From the NCBI GenBank assembly GCA_040954595.2, contig JBECUI020000024.1, forward strand, positions 186,001 to 250,000: 64,000 nucleotides of DNA, written 5' to 3'. The stretch is from Balanoglossus misakiensis (taxonomy: Eukaryota > Animalia > Hemichordata). The stretch's first letter is position 1. Each line of letters starts with the position of its first letter. Both the position numbers and the translations under genes were made by a program. Below the pieces are notes generated by a model that was not told the origin of the DNA, made no database searches, and saw nothing but the letters and a program-made list of their open reading frames with translations. Below are positions 60,224-64,000 of this stretch, piece by piece.

Positions 60224-63200
60224 TTGGTTAGTAATACACCTATTTCTACATTCTCTATATCTCATTGTAATATCCGGTCCCTCAGTCGAAACTTTCATGA
60301 ATTTAAATTGTTATATGAGTCACTTGATGAATCAAAAATCAAAGTTATAGCATTATCAGAGATCTGGCAGGTTCAAAATAAAGAGCTTTATTGTTTAGAA
60401 GGCTATCATTTGGAAAGAAAATGTCGAAATGACCAGCGGGGTGGGGGAGTTGGGGCATATATAGACTCATCTTTGAATTATACCTCCATTGAAGCGACTG
60501 TAAATCATTCTGAATCTATCTGGCTCAAATTTGACTTGCCAAAGAAGAAATCACTCATTCTTGGAGTAGTGTATAGGAAACCAAACACTAATATAGGCGA
60601 ATTCCTTGAAAGTCTTGAATCTGTATTGACTGATATTGACCGCAAGAAGATGCAGTGCATACTTGTGGGTGACTTTAATGTAAATGCGTCTGATTTAAAT
60701 GCATATGAAACGGTTGATCTTAATAATAGTATGTCTTCTTTTAACCTAACTCAGATGATCACTGTGCCAACACATATATCAGATCATTCAAGAACGGTTA
60801 TTGATCATATTTATACAAATATACATAGTCATTTTGTTAATTGTGGAACTATTGATGTTCATCTTGCTGACCATTTGCCTATATTTGCCATCTTTGAGGA
60901 TCTTCGTATTTATTTCCAAAAACCAAAGAGTGTTACCTTCAGGGACTACCGTAATTTTAATATAGGTTTATTTCAAGATGAGTTAAGTAGTGTCAATTGG
61001 GCAGCTGTGTATGAGAGTACTGATGCTAATACAGCATATGACTCGTTTTTAACCATTTTCTCGAATATTTGTAATAAGCATGCTCCACTGCTTTCTAAAA
61101 AGCTTAGTTCAAAAAGAAAAATACGGAAACCATGGATAACTGCTGGAATAAAAAATAGCGTCAAGGACACTGTGGTCCCATTTGAGGACATAGCACATAG
61201 CAACATAGCAATAAGCATATCTGCTCTGGATGCAAAGATATGGAAAAGTAGGTCAAAGGTCACCTGAGGTCAAGCAAAAAATTTGGGCAAGAAATTTTGA
61301 CCCTATACTGGTCCATGTTCAACAAAAACCAAACCTATAGCCCTATTGGTTAGCCTGTAATTAGGTATGCACATAATTAATGAGATATGCAGGTGTCATA
61401 GGTGACCCCCAATTTTGGCTTTTCAATTTTAGTCCCAACCCTCAAAACGCGAAGTCTACCTGCTCTGGATGCCAAGATATGATAAAGTAGGTCAAAGGTC
61501 ACCTGAGGTCATGCAAAATTTGGGCAAGAAATGTTGACCTTATACTGGTCCATGTTCAATAATAACCAAACCTATAGCCTTATTGGTTAGCCTGGAATTA
61601 GGTATGCACATAATTAATGAGATATGCAGGTGTCACAGGTGACCCCCAATTTTGGCTTTTCAATTTTAGTGCCAACCCTCCAAACGCCAAGTCTGTACCT
61701 GCTCTGGATGCCAAGATATGGTAAAGTAGGTCAAAGGTCACCTAAGGTCATGCAAAATTTGGGCAAGAAATTTTGACCCTATACTGGTCCATGTTCAACA
61801 AAAACCAAACCTATAGCCTTATTGATTAGCCTGGAATTAGGTATGCACATAATTAATAAGATATCCAGGTGTCACAGGTGACCCCCAATTTTGGCTTTTC
61901 AATTTTAGTGCCAATCCTCCAAACGCCAAGTCTGTACCTGCTCTGGATGCCAAGATATGGAAAAGTAGGTCAAAGGTCACCTGAGGTCATGCAAAATTTG
62001 GGCAAGAAATTTTGACCCTATACTGGTCCATGTTCAACAAAAACCAAACCTATAGCCCTATTGGTTAGCCTGGAATTAGGTATGCACATAATTAATGAGA
62101 TATGCAGGTGTCACTGGTGACCCATATTTTGGCTTTTCAATTTTAGTCCCAACCCTCCAAACGCCAAGTCTGTACCTGCTCTGGATGCCGAGATATAGGA
62201 AAGTAGGTCAAAGGTCACCTGAGGTCACCCAAAATTTGGGCAAAAAATTTTGACCCTATACTGGTCCATGTCCCACAAGAACGAAACCTCTAGCCCTATT
62301 AGTTAGCCCGGAATTAGGTATGCACATAATTAATGTGTTAAGAAGGTGTTACAGGTGAGCCCAAAAATTTGCCTTTTATTTTGGCCCCATTGTGCTCACT
62401 GACCAATAGACAGTCACTGTACAGGACTATTGCACAGACCAGAATTCCACAATAAGACGTGGACATAGCTTAACCATAGAGGTATAAGTAAAGGTATAAA
62501 TTTAATAAAAAGACTAAAAAATTCATAAAAAATAAAACATCCATGATATCAACTTAACACTTACAGGTCGGTGTGAGGTTGACATAAGGTACATACATAC
62601 CAATTTTCAAAGCAATCTGACCAGTAGTTGCTGACTTACAGAGTTTTGATCAATTTCACATTTTACAAGCATATTTGCATATTTTTGGGCCTGGCAACTT
62701 TGTTTGGACAAACTCCCATCTACAGCCCTGCCTGCACCTACACACCAAATATTGAGGTGATACGCGCAGCGGTTTTCAAGTTTTTGATGTGGACGGACAT
62801 ACAGACATACATACATCCATCCATCCATCCATCCATCCATACATACATACAGACGCAACCCATCCCATAAGGTCCCATGGTATATAGGCCTATACCAATG
62901 GGACCTAAAAAATCAATTGACCAGAAACACAAGCTCTACTCAAATGTCTTAAAAACTAATTATCGGCCAGACGTCTTTACAAAATACAAATGCTACCGGA
63001 ACATGCTTACAAATATTCTGAAAAAGGCTAAGCAAGATTATTATTCTGACCAGTTTACATACTATCAAGCAGATACTAGTAAGACATAGAAAATTATTAA
63101 TGATATTTTGAGGGGTGGTGGTAAACATGTAAATCTACCAAGTAGTTTACAAATGTCTTCAGCTGGTCGGCAGACTACCCTGATCACCCATTGTGACATT

Positions 63201-64000
63201 GTCAATGGGTTTAATGAGTTTTTTGTCTAAATTGGAGAGGCTCTTGCTAGTAGTATAACTCATTCAAACAAAAGTTACTTGTTATACTTATCACATTGTA
63301 CATTGCATTCTTTTTTTCTTCAAGGAACCTCTGAACAAGAAGTTTTTAAATTACTTCAAGCATTAGATACGCGGAAGGCAGTGGGTTATGACTACATTAG
63401 CCCAAAATTGTTAATCAATGCAGCATTATATATTTCTAAGCCTCTTAGTTATATTATCAATTTAACGATCACAACTTGAATTTTCCCAGATTCCTTAAAA
63501 ATAGCAAAAGTGACTCCTATCTTCAAAAAAGGAGAGACGACTGATCCAGGTAATTTTAGACCAGTGTCTGTATTGCCACAAATTAGTAAAATTTTTGAAA
63601 AACTTATTAATAAGCAAATTATTTCCTATTTTAACAAATTTGATTTACTGTACCCTTACCAGTATGGCTTCAGAGAGAATTATAGTACTAAATTGGCAAT
63701 TGTGGAACAAGCACAGAAAATTCTGGACGAAATTGATATGGGAAATAAGGTTAACAGGATATTTCTTGACTTGAAGAAAGCATTTGACACCGCGAATCAT
63801 GACATTTTGATAGACAAACTGGACAATTATGGTGTTAGGGGACTCCCTAAAAATCTTTTTAGAAGCTATTTGACCAACAGAAGGCAACATGTAAATGTAA
63901 ATGGGGTACGATCAGATGAATTACAAATATCCTGTGGAGTTCCACAAGGTTCTGTGCTGGGTCCAACACTTTTTCTCATCTATGTAAATGATATAACAGG
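60224..64000 (+). pseudogene. LINE ORF2 (endonuclease-RT), split by a HINE and carrying in-frame stops
   Basis: KPWITAGIK (to ~61153) joins KSIDQKHKLY (from ~62909). Stops at ~63087, ~63228 and ~63477. Confidence 0.9.
61154..62908 (-). mobile_element. Helentron-type non-autonomous element with GGTCCCAT termini
   Basis: Hairpin AGGTCCCAT...ATGGGACCT (62870-62906), (CATA/CATC)n at ~62798-62850, five ~239-bp repeats, subTIR GGTCCCAT (~61173) and an imperfect terminal palindrome GCGTCAAGGACAC. Inserted in an A-run. Confidence 0.75.

Larger units (their letters stand above)
59896..64000 (+). mobile_element. CR1-group (L2/Crack-like) LINE, 5'-truncated, decayed, runs off the window
   Basis: Probable ORF1 tail (FWPPNVFCRQW). 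APE endonuclease [81 protein letters not shown]. Confidence 0.9.

Overview
Eukaryotic window, probably from a marine invertebrate (inferred from the spliceosomal introns and the TE repertoire). It is almost all repeat DNA and I found no ordinary host gene. The backbone is a hierarchical ~2-kb macrosatellite (6109-59895) with a 7.73-kb four-unit duplication. Five insertions sit in or abut the array: a decayed Gypsy element, an internally deleted BEL/Pao element, Helentron-type non-autonomous elements (HINE-like), a 22.8-kb long-TIR element with a 3-bp TSD (Academ-like) and a CR1-group LINE. Inside the long-TIR element an L1/Tx1 fragment is split by a stack of HINEs. One HINE holds a complete 9.2-kb Kolobok-type DNA transposon (TTAA TSD, AGG...CCT termini). 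It carries a 14-exon DDE transposase gene with one frameshift. Convergent to it is an open 4-exon gene for an RG-rich, Cys-rich protein resembling the cytoplasmic 'ballast' domain of vertebrate P2X7 (KolX-like). Family names come from recognised motifs and structures, not from database searches.
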